From: Vicugna vicugna
Taxonomy: Eukaryota
NCBI GenBank assembly: GCA_013265495.1
Contig: MU061578.1
Span: 2,427,308 to 2,491,307 of the forward strand
DNA length: 64,000 nucleotides
Direction of reading: 5' to 3'
Both the position numbers and the translations under genes were made by a program. The notes under the pieces were generated by a model, which was not told where the DNA came from, made no database searches, and saw nothing but the letters and a program-made list of their open reading frames with translations. Positions 1 to 13,429 of the stretch are shown in pieces; position 1 is the first letter of the stretch, and every line of letters begins with the position of its first letter.

Positions 1-3000
1 TTGCTTTTTGTATAATGATCTTGTTGTCCTGCAACCTTGCTAAACTCATGTATTTATTCTGTTAGATTTTTTTTGTTGATCTCATTGGATTTTCCACATA
101 GATCAACATGTCATCTTCAAATAAACACATATTTATTTCTCCTTTCCAATCTAGATGTCTTTTATTTATTCCTTTTATCTTTTTAGAGTGACTTATTCCA
201 CAATAGTATTGAATGAAAGCGGTGAAAGCAGACATCCTTGACTTATTTCTGATCTTAGGGGTAAAGCAATCTTTCATATTAAGTATGATGTTAACTGGAA
301 GTTTTTCATAAATGCCTTTTATCGGTTTGAAGAAATTCTCTTCTAATTGATTGAGATTTTTTTTATTAAGAATGGATTGTTTATAAACATTTTTTCTGTG
401 TCCGGTGAGATGATTGTATGTTTTAACATTTTGTTTCTTAATATGGTGAATTACATTGATTGATTTTTGCATGTTAAACCAACCTAGCCTAACCCAGCAC
501 CCCCTCGTCACTCTTGGCTATGATGTATTATTCATTTTATATATATTGCTAGATGTGGTTTCCTAAAATTTTGTTTAAAACATATGCATCTATATACATA
601 AGGGACATTAATCTGTAGTTTTCTTTTGTCGTATTTTATTTCAGGTTTTGGTATCAGGGTAATGCTGGCCTCATAAAATAAATTAGTAAGTATTCTCTCC
701 TCTTCAGTTTTCTAAAAGCATTTGTGTAGAATTGGTATTATTTCTTCCTATAATATTTGCTAGAATTTAATGGTAAATCCAGTTGGACCTGGAGTTTTCT
801 TTGTGGAAGGTTTTTAACTACAAATTCAATTTTAAAAAATAGATATACAATTAATCCAGTTACCTAGTTCTTCTTGAGTGAGTTTCGTAGTTCGAGTCTT
901 TCAAGAAATTTGTCCATTTCATCTGTGCTGTTGAACTTCTGTGCATAAAATTATTCATAATATTCTCTTTTCTTAATAGCTAAAGAATCTGTAGTACTGT
1001 CACCTCTCTCATTCCTAATATTGCTAATTGGGATATTGTCTTGACCACACTGGCTAGATGTTTCTTAACATACTAATCTTGTCAAAGAACCAGCTTTTGA
1101 ATTCATTGATTTTTCTCTATTGTTTTTCTGTTTTTCATTTCATTGGTTTTACTTTGATGTTTATTATTTTCTTCTGCTTACTTTGGGTTTAATTTGCTCT
1201 TCTCTTTCTGGTTTCTTAAGGTTGAATTTGAGACCTTTCTTCTTGCCTAATACAGGCACTGAGTGCTATACATTTCTCCCCCTAAGTATCTCTTTAGAAG
1301 AATCCCACAAAGTTTTGATCTGTCATATTTTCATTTTTGCTCTATTCAACATACTTCATTATTTCTCTTTTGATTTATTTTTCACCCATGGGTTATTCTG
1401 AATATGTTATTTAACATCCAAAATCTTAGAGACTTTCCAGAGCTCCTTTTGTTGTTGATTTCCAATTCAATTCCATTGTGACCAAAGAACATACTATGTA
1501 CAACCTGAAACCTTTTAAGTCTACTGAGATTGGTTTTATGGCCCAGAATATAACCTATTTTAGTAAACGTTCTGTGTGTTCTTGAAAAGGATGTATATTC
1601 TGTGGTTGCTGAGTGGAGTGCTTTACAGGAGTCAGGTCAAGCTGATTGGTAATGTTGTTCGGGTCTTTTGTATCCCTACTGAATTTTTGTCTATTCTTTG
1701 TATCAGTTGTTATGAGGGGTATATTGACATAGTCAACTGTAATTATGGATTTGACTAACTCTTGCAGTTATATCAGCTTTGGTCAGTGTCTCCTTGCACT
1801 TACATCAGTTTTGCTTCATGCAATTTAATCTCTATTACTTGGTACATAAACATTTAATATTGTGAGGTCCTCCTGATGAACTATCATTATGCAAATTATC
1901 TTCATGCATGATAATAATCAATACTTTGCAATCTACTTTGTCTGATAATCACTTTGGTTTTATTTCCTTAGTGTTAGCATTTTGTATCTTTTCTATCCTT
2001 TGATCTTTATTCTACTTGTATCTTAATATTCAAAGTAAGTTTCTTATAGAACATATATAGTTCAGTCTTGCTTTTTTATTTAATCTGATAATCTCTGCCT
2101 TTTAAGTGGGGTGTTTTTGGTCCTCTACATTTATTGTGGTTATTGATATGGTTACTTTGAGTCTATCGGCTTGCCATTTGTTTTCTACTTGTTACATGTG
2201 TTCTCTGTTCACTTTCCTTCTTTTTCTGCCTTCTGTTTCCTTCTCTTTTTCTTCCTGAGCATTTTTGTGATTCCATTCTAGCTTCTTTGTTGTTTTATAC
2301 AGTATAATTCTTTGATTTTTTTTTTTAATTTTAGTGGTTGATTCAGGGTTTACAATATACTCCTTTAATTTATCACATTTTGCCTTCAAGTAATATTATA
2401 TCAGTTCATATACACTGTGGGAACCTTATACTAGAGTAGTTCCATTTCCTTCCCCCTAGCCTTTGGGTTATTGCCATCATACATGATACTATTACATATA
2501 TATTATAATCACCACACCATGTTGTTGTTATGTTTATTTAAACACTCAATCATTATTAAAAGTGATGTGTATTATCCACGTAGTTACCATTTCTGGTGTT
2601 TTTCATTCCTTTTTGTAGAGTCCATATTTCCATTGGGTATCATTTGTCTTCTGCCTGAAGGACTTCCTATAACCTGTCATAGTGTAGGTGTGCCAGTGAT
2701 GAATTCTTTCAGCTTTCATAAGAGCAAAAAAAAGGATTTATTTTGCCTCATTTGAAAATTTTTTTGCTATGCGTAAAATTTTATGTTGATAGTTTTTTTT
2801 TACTTTAATATGTTAAATATTTTGTCATACTATCCTTCTTTTACTTGCATTGTTTCTGACAGGAAATCTGCTATCACCCTTATCTTTGGTCCTCAGCAAG
2901 TAATCGGTCTTTATTTCTCTGAATGTTTTTAAATCTTTCTTTTTATCACTGGGTTTGAATGCTTGATCATGATGTGCCTTAGTGAAATTTTCTTCATTTC

Positions 3001-3835
3001 TCTTATGCATGGTATTCATTGAGATTCTTTGGGTCTCTAGATTTATGGTTTTCTCGAACTTGGAAAATTTTGGCCCCTGCCTCCAAGTATTTTTTCCTGT
3101 CTCTCCCTCTCTCTCATTCCTTTGAAAACTCCAATTACAAATTTATTAAATTGCTTGAAGTCATCCCAGAGATCACTGGTTCTGTGCTAACTTTTTCCCC
3201 ATGGTTGCTCTTTTTTCCCTGTGTTTTTCATTTTGGGTAATTTCTATTGCTATGTCATCATGTTCACTGATCTTGGATGTGTATGTGTGTGTGTGTGTGT
3301 GTGCAATGTCTAATCTGCTGTTGATGACATTCAGTGTATTTATGCTTTGGATATTATAGATTTCTATCTCTAGAGTTCTGATTTTGGGGTCTTTTTTTTA
3401 TGTCTTCCGTTTTTCTCCTTAAATTTTTAACACATCCTTCTCTGCTAATTCTAACATCTGTATAAGTTCTTTTACAGTTTCAATTGATTGATTTTTCTCC
3501 TCATTTTAGGTTGTATTTTTAAAATTCTTTATAACTTGGTTTGGCTAGACATTTTTGTTTTATAAATACTCTCAAGCTTTGTTCTGGGATGCAGTTAAGT
3601 TACTTGGAAATGGTCTGATCCCTTCTGGTCTGACTTTGAAGGTTTGTTAGATGAGACCAAAGCCGTGATTAGTCTAGGGCTAATTATTCCCCACTTCTGA
3701 GGCAGGAGCCTACTGAGTTCTTCACCCAATGTCTCATGAACTATGAGGTTTTCTACTCTGGCTGGTGTGAACATGCATTATTCTCAGCCATGGGTAAGCA
3801 CCAGATACCATTCCCCCAATCCTTATGAATGGCTC
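1..3835 (-). mobile_element. Ancient decayed LINE-1 (L1MC/L1MD-like) with ORF1 and ORF2 remnants, truncated by window edge
   Basis: Minus-strand ORF 62..511 matches L1 ORF2 RT (GWFNMQKSINVIHHI...LFEDDMLIYVENP, cf. FADDMIxYLENP). ORF 2825..3019 resembles the L1 ORF1 RRM region with frameshifts. The plus strand is T-rich throughout. Confidence 0.92.
3277..3303. repeat. (TG)n microsatellite within L1
   Basis: Direct read: atgtgtatgtgtgtgtgtgtgtgtgtg. Confidence 0.85.
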
Positions 3836-4594
3836 TGAAAGTAATTTTTCACTGATGGATTATGTTTCCTGGAACAGGTCACTGAGCCTTCTGGGACTCT
3901 GACTTATCATCGATTAACATGGATGGCCAAGTATCAAATCACAGAACCTATACAGAAATAAAGCATCACTGTTGCCTACTTACTCAATAACTCATGAAAC
4001 TAGTATTTCAGACTGACAGCTTTTGGCTCTCTTTGCTAAAAAAATCAATGCATTTATAAATAATAGTGGAAGTGTTGGGTGGTCTTTTTGTCCACTCAAA
4101 ATCTGTCCTTTCATTGTTTTCCTAGTCTGAGATGCAGGTGGCTGTATTCAGTAAAATCAATATCTGAGTTATTAAACTGAGATGACTATAAGCATTTCAT
4201 GGATGGCATGGAAGGGGAGGTGGAATTAAGCTATACAGAGTCAATTACTCCTGACAGACATTCCACATTCTGCATCTGACAGTTATCATCATGTCCATAA
4301 ATTTGGAGTAAGACTAACCCCCAAGAGAATATTTCTTTTGGGCAATTTGAATAAAGTCAGCATATACTGATGGCAACAGAACAGCGGCGTTTTTGAAAAG
4401 GTCCCTGATCTGAACACTAATGCTTGCCACAGAGTAAACTAAGAGAGTCACCAAGTCTATCTCTTCAACTATGACTTTGTTTTAACTAAAACAGAACTCT
4501 TTATTCAAACAGACTTTTAAACAAAATACATAATTAGAACAAGATATTAAAAATACATAAAACCTAGGTACAATGAGGTGCGTTATTCTCTAAT

Positions 4595-4918
4595 CCAGTG
4601 CTTCTCATTTCAAACATACATACCACTCAGGGATCACCTAGGGATCTTCTTAGAAATGCAGATTCAGATTCAGTAGGACTGAGTTGGGCTTGAGATTCTG
4701 CATCCTAACAAGGTCCCAGACAATGCGGCTGCTGCTGGCCCACAGAGCATTTTAGCAGCTGAGACCTGGCTGTTTTAAAGTCTTCAGGGTCCGTGATGTT
4801 AGCCCAGACAATCTTCTACAGCATATCTAAAACCAAACCCAGATCTCTAGACATTTAACAGACTCTTCAGACAATTCTGGTACAGGTGGTTTCATGAGCC
4901 ATAATTTGAGAAACGCTG
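4595..4918. mobile_element. Two MER5-family (hAT-Charlie) fragments
   Basis: cagtgcttctca...aaatgcagattcagattcagtagg...ttgagattctgcat, then ...tttgagaaacgctg; typical MER5 motifs. Confidence 0.7.
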
Positions 4919-6089
4919 CTCTCATACAATTGTCAGATTTCTCAGTTTTACTAAAGCACCTGTCAATCTCAACCAGATGTCGCTATAGAGAGATGAGCAA
5001 TATTCCTCAAACTTAGTTTTGGAACACTAAGAGTAAATCAGGGTGCCACACATCAACCCAGTGGGCAAATAAATCAAAGTGTGGTCGAATAAGTTGGGGA
5101 AATTTTGGCTACTCTGTCCCACTCTTTATATTTCATTATACACATCATCTCTGAAAAGTTTTGTAGTATTAATAAAAGCAGTTTAACTTACTTATGCCAA
5201 TTTTTCCCAAATTTATTTGAACATGGAATCTTCCACCTCCCTTCTCCAATGCATGGCTTAACAGCCTGCATGATAGAGTTAATAGTTTGGAGAACTATTT
5301 TCCTGTTCGGCACTCTTGCTTTTTAACATCTTCATCCTTACCTGGGTCTTAGCTTTAGAAAAACAACTGTCCTCCAGTCGAGAAGAATGGCAGAAATCAG
5401 AACAGAGAAAAATCTGGGAAATAATGTAACACTCTGATCTTGGTGAAATGCTAAAATGTACTTTTTCTAATCAAAAATAATTTTACCCTTTTTAAACCAA
5501 AATCTTCCTTGAAATATGCATAAAAAATGCTTATTTGCCTCTTAAAAGTCAACTTCCTTGATCAAAATGAATTAAGTCCTTTTAAAAATTCCATGCCACT
5601 TTTGCAATTATAAATCTAAGTTACAAGATTATCATTCTTAAAAAATTTATATCTAAGCAGAATTCAATGTTTGGTTTTAGTTTCTTTTTCATTGCCCAAT
5701 ATAAGAACATAATTTGGAGGGGAAAAATGGAAAAACAAACAAACAAAATTCTCATAATCTCCTCATACTTGCAAATAAATTGTTTCTACCACTCCCTTAG
5801 AATAAGATTTAAAAATGAATAAGCAGGAATACAAAGTTATTCCCCCTCATTCTCCCTTGGAGATGAAGCCCAGGTCCTATGCAGTTTGCAGCACCCCCAA
5901 GGCCTCCCCCTGGACCCACTCTCTCCCATCATTTTCTGCAGTTCCTCTGAACCAAATGCCTGAAACCATGATGCCATGTTAGGGTTAAGAGACCCTAGTC
6001 AGGCCCAAGGCGGGCTGAAGGGCGCTATCTTGTGCATCCTACAGAGCATTTCAAGCATCAACATATATCTCCCAACCTCTTCACATTAT

Positions 6090-7345
6090 TGAAAACTGAG
6101 GGTAAGATGTTATATAGTGATAGAAAGTTTAGCAAAATGTGTTCTGCAGTTCTGTGGAAAGCAGAACTTATAAGCAATGATCTTAGGTATTTAACTTAGG
6201 ATATTTCCAAGCAAAGTGTCGAAGGTGTAACCTCGTTTTTCTTGATCTTTGTTGTAAAATATGAAAGGAGAGAAACAAATTGAGAGGAAAACTGATAAGG
6301 AAAACAAAAAAGCAGGGCTGGATGATCTGGGAACTTTTATGCCTATCCAAACGGCAAAAGATGCCACAAGTAAAAGATACACACTCAGGAAAGGGTGCTC
6401 TAGAGAAAAAGCCAAGGTGTGTCTGTACATTTTGCTAATTCAGCAAGGAGGTCAAATTTTCAGGCTTGAAAAATTCAGTCAAAGAAGGCTCTTTGAAGAG
6501 ATTTAGGGTGTAACTCGTAGGCCCCTTCAGCCGTCTCACCAGAGCCAAAATTAGAGATTATCCCAGAAATACCCATGAACAAGCCTCTGGTATAATGCAG
6601 TGAGTCCTGGTGACAAACACGAGAGATCTAAAACGTTCTTAAGAAACTTGTATCTGCAGAGACGCTGCCAGCTTGGACTGAAAGGAGAGTACAAATGAAA
6701 GAAGACTGTCAGTCTCCCAAATTCTATAGAAACATACTAATAAAACTATTCAGTCGCAAAATATGTGCTACCTTTCATGAAAAAGGAAGGATGACAGAGC
6801 CATGAGCCTAGAAGGCAGAGCTATGAATCCAAAGGGTGGAGCTGCAAATCAGGAGATTATCCTTCGGGGTCAAATCATTGCACCTCTCAGGGAGTGATGG
6901 AAATGTTTGTTATTTTGATTGTGGTAGCGGTTTCATTGGTGTATGCATCTATCAGAATTCATCAAATCGTACATTTGAAATATGTGTAGTTTACTGCATG
7001 GAAATCATACCTCAGTAAATGTGTTGGGGAAAAACTGACAAATACAACAACAGCAACAACAAAAAAACCTTATGGAATTTTCTTGGCTGGTTTTATAAAT
7101 TGCCTAAGATTGGTGACTCCTTTTGACCTTCCATTTTTCTCCTCTTTTGATCCAGAATGCCTATAGGTATTAATTATCCCATGTCTGCCCCACTATTATA
7201 TTTTGGGAACAGATAATTTTTTTCTATAGTTTCACAGATCCACAGATGGGATGGTATTGTGTCCCAGGATGGATCATACTCATAGCCTCCTTATACTGAA
7301 TTTGGATAATTTACAAGAGTTGATGAGATTTTGGACTTTGAGTTT
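6090..7345 (+). mobile_element. MaLR (MLT1-int) internal sequence fragment, interrupted by an L1 3' end
   Basis: tgtggaaagcagaactt...gatatttccaagcaaagtgt and gagattttggactttgagtt are characteristic MLT1-int motifs; no flanking LTR seen. Confidence 0.7.
6888..7065 (+). mobile_element. Old L1 (L1MC/ME-like) 3' terminal fragment
   Basis: gtgatggaaatgtttgttattttgattgtggtagcgg...catcaaatcgtacatttgaaatatgtg...atacctcagtaaa followed by an A-rich tail. Confidence 0.75.
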
Positions 7346-7348
7346 ATG

Positions 7349-7505
7349 AACTGTCTAATGCAGTAGCCATCAGCCACGTGGGCTACTGACCACTTAAAAT
7401 GTGGCTAGCATGACTAAGGAACTGGATATATAATCTTATTCAATTGAAATTAATTTTCTAAATTTAAGTAGCTAAGCATGGCTAATGGTTACCATACTGG
7501 TCAAC
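7349..7505. mobile_element. MER3-like hAT-Charlie MITE
   Basis: ctgtctaat.cagtagcca..agccacgtgggcta...cacttaaaatgtggctag...gcatggctaatggttaccatactgg; imperfect palindrome. Confidence 0.75.
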
Positions 7506-7524
7506 TCAACTCCATAACATTTCT

Positions 7525-7665
7525 TTTTTGTCTCTCTCCAAGAGAATACAAGCCCTACAAGAATAGCTCTTTTCATCTGTTTTGCTCACTGCGATTTATT
7601 TTCCAAGCACAAAGAACTGGCTGATAGTAAGCCCTCAATAAATACTTTGAGTAAATGAATGAATG
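7525..7665 (+). mobile_element. L2 3' end
   Basis: ctcaataaatactttgagtaaatgaatgaatg tail. Confidence 0.75.
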
Positions 7666-9289
7666 TCTATTCCACTATATTGAACATTTGTCATTTTCTG
7701 TGGCCACACAGCATCTGCAGCTGCCTCCTTGTGTTTAAGAAATCCCCACCTCTTGAGACTAGTTCAATGGTGTGACTTTAGGCAACGATCCTGGATACGT
7801 GACCTCTGTGTGGGCTCCTCATTACCATCTCAGGAATTCCTGTTCTCCAAAGTCACCCTGAGTCCCTTCCTGTCTCTTGCATCAAAGAACTGTAACGAGA
7901 GCCCCTGCCCACCTATCCTCAGGAGGAGGTAACTCAGCTCTATTCCAAAGCCACACTGTAAACCGAATCAAATACACCAGTAGCACTGACCACATCACCC
8001 TCAGTGAGCTAATCACTCCGATGGATCCAGTATATTTACAGTAACCTTGAAACACATTCCACACGGTCGTTTTACAAGACCGATTAATCTAATTGATTTC
8101 CAGAATTAGGATCCTCAAGAACCCAGTTATTTTAAAATCAGTCTTCATCAGGAGTTGATAATACCTCATCCAGGCTGAGATGGCCACTGTGACCCAGGAG
8201 GGATTTCAGCCAAGCCTCTATTTGAAGTTGTCATGGAGTCTGCTCAGACTTTAAATGTTCCGTTCATCTCTGGAACACACACATACACGCATGCGCGCCA
8301 CCAAGAGAAAAATGTGTTTTTAAGCAGGGAGCCTCCCTCAGTCTACCTGGGGCAGCCCATCATTTCTTCCCTAGCAACGTTATCCACACCAAAAGATAAT
8401 TCTCATCACCGCCATCAAGAGTATTTATTAAGGCGCATTTCCTCTCGGAATTGGCTCAGCAGCTATCATAAGCCCTATTAAAACACAACGCTTGTTTCTC
8501 AAAGCATTAGTGTTCAATCTCTCCAATTCTGCTTGACATTTCAGAACTGAGGCTTGCAAAAGGGGCTCTGTGAACTGTCTTTGTGCACCGGTTCAAAGCT
8601 GCCAGCCCCTGGCCCAGGATAAAGAGTGTTTACCTACCTTCTATATCTGTCCACCCTCCTCTTTGATTCTTTCTCCTATCTGCCGTGAGAAATGCTTCTT
8701 CTCCTGCCCCATTCACTTTTGCTGCACTTTTAGGGGCAAAACAAGAAAAAATCCTGAAGCTACTATGTCTGAAGCTTCAATGTGTTCTCTTATAAACTCA
8801 CTGCAAAAAAAGAACTTTAAATAAATCGGAGGATTAATTTACTTATACGCTTTAGCTCCTCAGCATTACTGCGATGACTTGGGAAGCATTTAAAAACACT
8901 GATTCCAGGCAGGTCTCCCCCCCAGATCATCCACACCAAGGTCCCCAGATGGAAAAGGAAGGGGCAGAACCCACTTAGGGGCTGGAAATGCATAGACTTC
9001 ACAACTCTGCCCACAGCCGCCTCTGCCTGCTCCACTACCCACCACTCCAGTTCACCCTGATCCAGGAGGGCCTGGATAAATTAGGATTCCTGAGTAAAGT
9101 CATCAATAAAGCATTGATCTCAGGCCTGTGTCTGAGCCAGCAAGCTCAGAGCACGGCAGTGGAAATATGAATGTTAGAATCTTAGGGGAAGAATTTTTAT
9201 CTTGGCCATAATTCACTTACTTATTAATTCCACTAACCCAGCGCCTACTCTGGGACATACCCTTCAGATATGTTCCCAGAAGCCCTGCT

Positions 9290-9420
9290 CCTTAAGCCTT
9301 AAGATGCATCTGATTCGCCTGGGGGATCTTGTTGAAATGCAGGTTCTGATCAGTAAGCCTGGGACAGGGCTTGAGATTCTGTACTTCTAACAAGCTCCCA
9401 GGTGGTGTCGCTGCTGAGTT
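9290..9420. mobile_element. MER5A-like fragment
   Basis: cctgggggatcttgttgaaatgcaggttctgatcagtaagcctggga...ttctaacaagctcccagg. Confidence 0.75.
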
Positions 9421-9450
9421 GGAAGGCCTCAAGAAGCTTACAGTCTAGAA

Positions 9451-9668
9451 CAGTGGTTCTCAACTAAGGGTAATTTTGCCCCCCAAGGACATTTGGCAAT
9501 ATCCAGAGACTTCTTTGGTTGTCATAACTAAAGAAAGAAAATGTTACTGGCATAGAGTAGGCAGAAGCCAGGGATGCTGCTCAGCATCCCACAAGCCACA
9601 GAACAGCCCCCTACCACAAAGAACTGTCTAGCCCCACGTGTCGATAGTGCCAAGACTGAGAAACCCTG
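9451..9668 (+). mobile_element. MER20 (hAT-Charlie)
   Basis: cagtggttctcaac...ggacatttggcaat...ttggttgtcataac...gccagggatgctgct...tgagaaaccctg termini. Confidence 0.9.
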
Positions 9669-9729
9669 CTCTGGAAGAGCTTGCAGTGTCCCTATAACCA
9701 AGCTCCACCACTGGAAATAAAACCTCATA

Positions 9730-9945
9730 AAAGCTACACGTTTCATGAGCTCTTAAATTGTACCAAGCAAGCTTTAAGCTCCTTAAATACATTGATTCAC
9801 TTAATCCTCACAACAAGCCCTTAAGATACATGGTGCAATCTTTTCTACTGCACAGAGGAGAAAACTGAGATGTTAAGACACACGGCCAAGGTCATCCATT
9901 AGGATGTAGCAGAGCCAAGACTCGAACACAGTTCTTAATGAAAGC
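9730..9945 (-). mobile_element. MIR SINE
   Basis: ttaatcctcacaac...gagaaaactgag...ccaaggtca...gcagagccaagactcgaac (reverse MIR core). Confidence 0.75.
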
Positions 9946-10313
9946 CCCTCATCATTGCCCCATGCCAAAAAGTACTTAAGAACTGCATGATTAAATAGTG
10001 AGCTAAAGAAATAAACTAATTGTATTTCCCCCGTTCCTGGGTCTATGTGAGTTCCCAATCCTCTTCTACCAGTGTTTAAAGATCTATCACCATGTGCACA
10101 AATGGTAATCAAGATTGGCCACAGAACCCCAGCTTTCCCCTTCTCTGCCTCTTTGCTGGCACCACAGCTCAGGCTCCTGCCCTCCAGACTGGACAGTATC
10201 TCTTACACTCAGTGGAGAAGCCCTGCTCTGAGCACACTCTGAAATGCCCTGCCCCCAATAGCCTTTTTCCTGGCCCCCTTGGACAGTGGCTTTAAAAGAT
10301 ACATTCCTTACAG

Positions 10314-10535
10314 CAGTGGTCCTCGACGGAAGCAGTATTGTCTCGTTAAGGGGCACTTGGCAACGTTTGGAAACATGTTTGGTTGTCACAGCTGGGGAGA
10401 GGAGGGCGTGTTGTTAGCATCTGGTGGAGAGAGGCTTCGTAGGCTGCTAAACATTCTGCGATGCACAGGAGAGCCCCCTACTTCAAAGAATTACCTGAAC
10501 CGAAATGGCAAGAGTGCTGATGTTAAGAAACCCTG
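10314..10535 (+). mobile_element. MER20
   Basis: cagtggtcctc...ttggttgtcacagctgggg...ctgctaaacattctgcgatgcacagg...taagaaaccctg. Confidence 0.88.
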
Positions 10536-10589
10536 CCACAGAGAGAAGTGTCTACTGAACATCACTGTTTAGAGCAGAGCTTGGCAGCT

Positions 10590-10790
10590 CTATACAGAGG
10601 TGGTTGAAGCTATGCCTGAGAGTCAGGTGATCTGGGTTCACACCCTGATCCTCTCACTTAGTAGCTGCTTGACCTTGGGCAACCTCAATTCCATATCCTT
10701 AAAATGGGATCCTAGAGGTCACCTCACAGGATGGAGAAGAGTAGTAGATGAAAGGAGCACCAGGCACAATAAAAGCAGCCGGTGAGCATC
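10590..10790 (+). mobile_element. MIR SINE
   Basis: tctgggttca...cacttagtagctgcttgaccttgggcaa. Confidence 0.65.
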
Positions 10791-10942
10791 AGGTGGAGGT
10801 GTCATAACCACCACCATCACCATCACATCAGGATGCTGCCTTGCTGCAGACCTCAGCATGGGGTGGGCACACGGGCCCAGGTCCCTGGACTGCTGGGAAT
10901 GAGGCCCTTACCACAGAGAATCAAAGATCTCAGGCTCAAAAA

Positions 10943-11218
10943 GTACATTCACTCTCTGGGGCTGCCATTAACAAAGTGCCATAAACTGGGTGCCGTAACA
11001 GAAATGTGCTATATCACAGTTCTGGAGGCCAGAAGTCTGAAATCAAGGTGTCAGCAGGGCTGGTTCTATCTGACGGCTGTGAGGGAAGGATCTGTTCCAG
11101 GCCCCTCTCCTACCTTCTTGCAATGACCCTATTTCCAAATAAGGTCATGTTCTGAAGTACTGGGAATTAAGATTTCAGTATATGGATGGGTGAATGGTGG
11201 GGGAGGAGGGATTCAAAA
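10943..11218 (-). mobile_element. MLT1B/C-type MaLR LTR, internally deleted
   Basis: gggctgccattaacaaagtgccataaactgggtg...cacagttctggaggccagaagtctgaaatcaaggtgtcagcaggg...ctatttccaaataaggtca. Confidence 0.85.
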
Positions 11219-11659
11219 TTGAAAAGTTAAACACTTCTCCATTCTAGACAGGAGAAGGTGAGGCCTAGAATGTTTGCACAGCCTAAGAGAGTCTTCTGTC
11301 CACATCACTTGTCCTGAGGAGGAAAATCCTACAGGGACTGATGGGAGGAAAAGGGGGTCTTTGGCACAAGTCAGACACCCAAGGAGGAAATAAGGGAGCC
11401 AGTGGTTACTCCGCTGCATGCAACTAGACTGAATCAAGTTTCAGCGTAATAGTTGAAAATTAGAGAATTCGTAATCAGGCAAGGCAGAGCCAAAAAAGAA
11501 ACAAAGAACTGTTTGGGGAATAGTCAGGGCCATAAATTGCATTGCCCTCCAGTTCCATCCCCATTAGGCAGTAAGTGCCATGCAGACAGCAGCCTGGTCT
11601 GCTCTGTCCTTAGATGTGGCACAGAGCTTGGGCCAAGGTAAGTATGCAATTCATACTCA

Positions 11660-11800
11660 CAGCAGGAAGGAATCACTTGGGTTTGCCTCTTAAAAATGCA
11701 GGTTTCACATCCCAGACCTACTGAGTCAGACTCTCGAGGGTGAAGCCCAGGAGTCTGCATGTCCTACACTCTCCCAAGGAAAAGGGACAGACACTGTTGC
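11660..11800. mobile_element. MER5A-like fragment
   Basis: gaatcacttggg...aaaaatgcagg...cccagacctactgagtcaga. Confidence 0.7.
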
Positions 11801-12429
11801 TTCAAAACTCTGGCATGTCTCTTTGGGCCCCATCAAGGAAGCTCATGGGAATGTCTGTAGCTGGAGAACCTTAGGACCCAGAAGGACAGCTCTGGACACA
11901 TACACTCTACTTAGAGACTTAAAATTATGTATTATTTAATCAGAAATAGGTCCTCCAGGATGACTAAATCCATGCAGTAAATAGGTGTTTGGAAAGCTCA
12001 GCATCCATTAGTGGTATGTAATGACCATGAGGGTGCTATTAGATGCTCCGAGGGGCTGTATAAACATTCTGACAGGCAGTTTGGAGTCATAAAACCTCCC
12101 ATAAAGGTAGAAGTCACTGTACACACTCTCAGGGGAGCCTTGGTGTTTTACAGTTAAGCTGATACCTAATATTTTCTTGCATAAGCCCACTTTGTTACCC
12201 AGGGTATCAAAGACAAAAGCCAAAGGCTCATGACAATGGGTTGTCATGTAGGGGGCCTCCTAAAGCTCACAAAGTGTGAGGATTCCAGGAGACATCAGAA
12301 GCTCCCCACAGGACCCAAGTCTCCTGCAGCCGTCTTACATGCCTGCTGCTCAGACTCAGGACCAAGACCTTCTAACCCCTGCCCTGCCCTCTAGTGGGAG
12401 GAAAGGGAGAAGGGAGGGTGATGATGCAC

Positions 12430-13420
12430 TGTATTAGTGAGGGGCAACACTGAGGGCTGTAACAAACAAGCCCCTACATATATAATGGCTCAAACACAAT
12501 AGAAAAATATTTCTTGCTCACATAACGTCCAGAAAAACTATTCTAGGTCAGAGAGAAGCTCTTCTCCAGCAGTGATGCAGGAGTCTGGGCTCTGTCCATC
12601 TTGTTTCCATTTTTCCATCGCCATCTCCAACAGGTGGCTGCTAAGATGACCATTCTCATCTACATCCAGCCAGCAGAAGAGGAAAGAGCATGGAGGATGC
12701 TGCATAGGTGTGTTGTGGACTCCATTTCCCAGCCTCCCTTGCAGTTGTGGTCATGTGACTGAGTCCTAGCCAATGAAATGTGAGCAGAAGTATTAGGTCC
12801 CAGTTTGGACCAATGAAGGGAAAATGGATTTGAAATAATGACCTGTTCTCTTTCACATTCACACACCTATTTAACCCAACCCAGATTATCGTAAGTAGCA
12901 AAGGTGATGATAATGATGACAGGAGAGATAATAATGATGTCAATAATAATGGTATCAAGTGGACATTTCACAGCTCCTCACCGGAGGTCCATTCTCCCTG
13001 ATTTGGGGATCACTGCCTGCCATTTCTCTGATAATTTGGTTCTGATGGAGTTGCCTCCTCTGGAACCCAGGAGATGGGGTCATGTGACCCAGGCCTCCTT
13101 GTCCTGGCCACGGCAGAGAATAGCCCAAAACTGGGCACGTGATCTGAAGCAGGACGGTGGGAAGTAATAAGCCTTGGCTTGGGGCCTATGTGCGGTGCTA
13201 AGGAGGTAGACTTGGTCATGCCTAACAGCAGGAGCCTGGAATGCCCAGGACCCACCATGGCAGAAGTCAGAGCTCAGAGGAGGAAAGAACCACTGAATCC
13301 AGCCAAGCCTCAAGCTTCAATTTACCACCAGACTTTCCAGTTATTGGGCCACCTAATTCCCTTTAAAAACTGGTGAGAGTTGAGCTTCTGTCACAATTAC
13401 TGAACGAGCCCTCACTGACA
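12430..13420. mobile_element. Cluster of old MLT1 (J/K/L-like) LTR fragments
   Basis: gctgtaacaaac...aatggctcaaacacaa...atttcttgctca; catttcccagcctcccttgcag...catgtgactgagtcctagccaatg; gacttttccagtt-like...tctgtcac 3' motifs. Confidence 0.6.
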
Positions 13421-13429
13421 CGTGCTAGT

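Noticed and set aside
62..511. 149 aa reverse-transcriptase-like ORF as a novel RT or retron-type system
   Set aside because: It is a frameshifted fragment of an ancient L1 ORF2; the catalytic motif is altered (FEDD) and it is surrounded by decayed L1.
9451..10535. Two co-oriented MER20s as a composite transposon or segmental duplication
   Set aside because: The copies differ substantially and have different flanks; independent insertions are simpler.
10782..11126. His-tract ORF
   Set aside because: The His run comes from a short (CAC/CAT) repeat and the rest reads through an MLT1 LTR.
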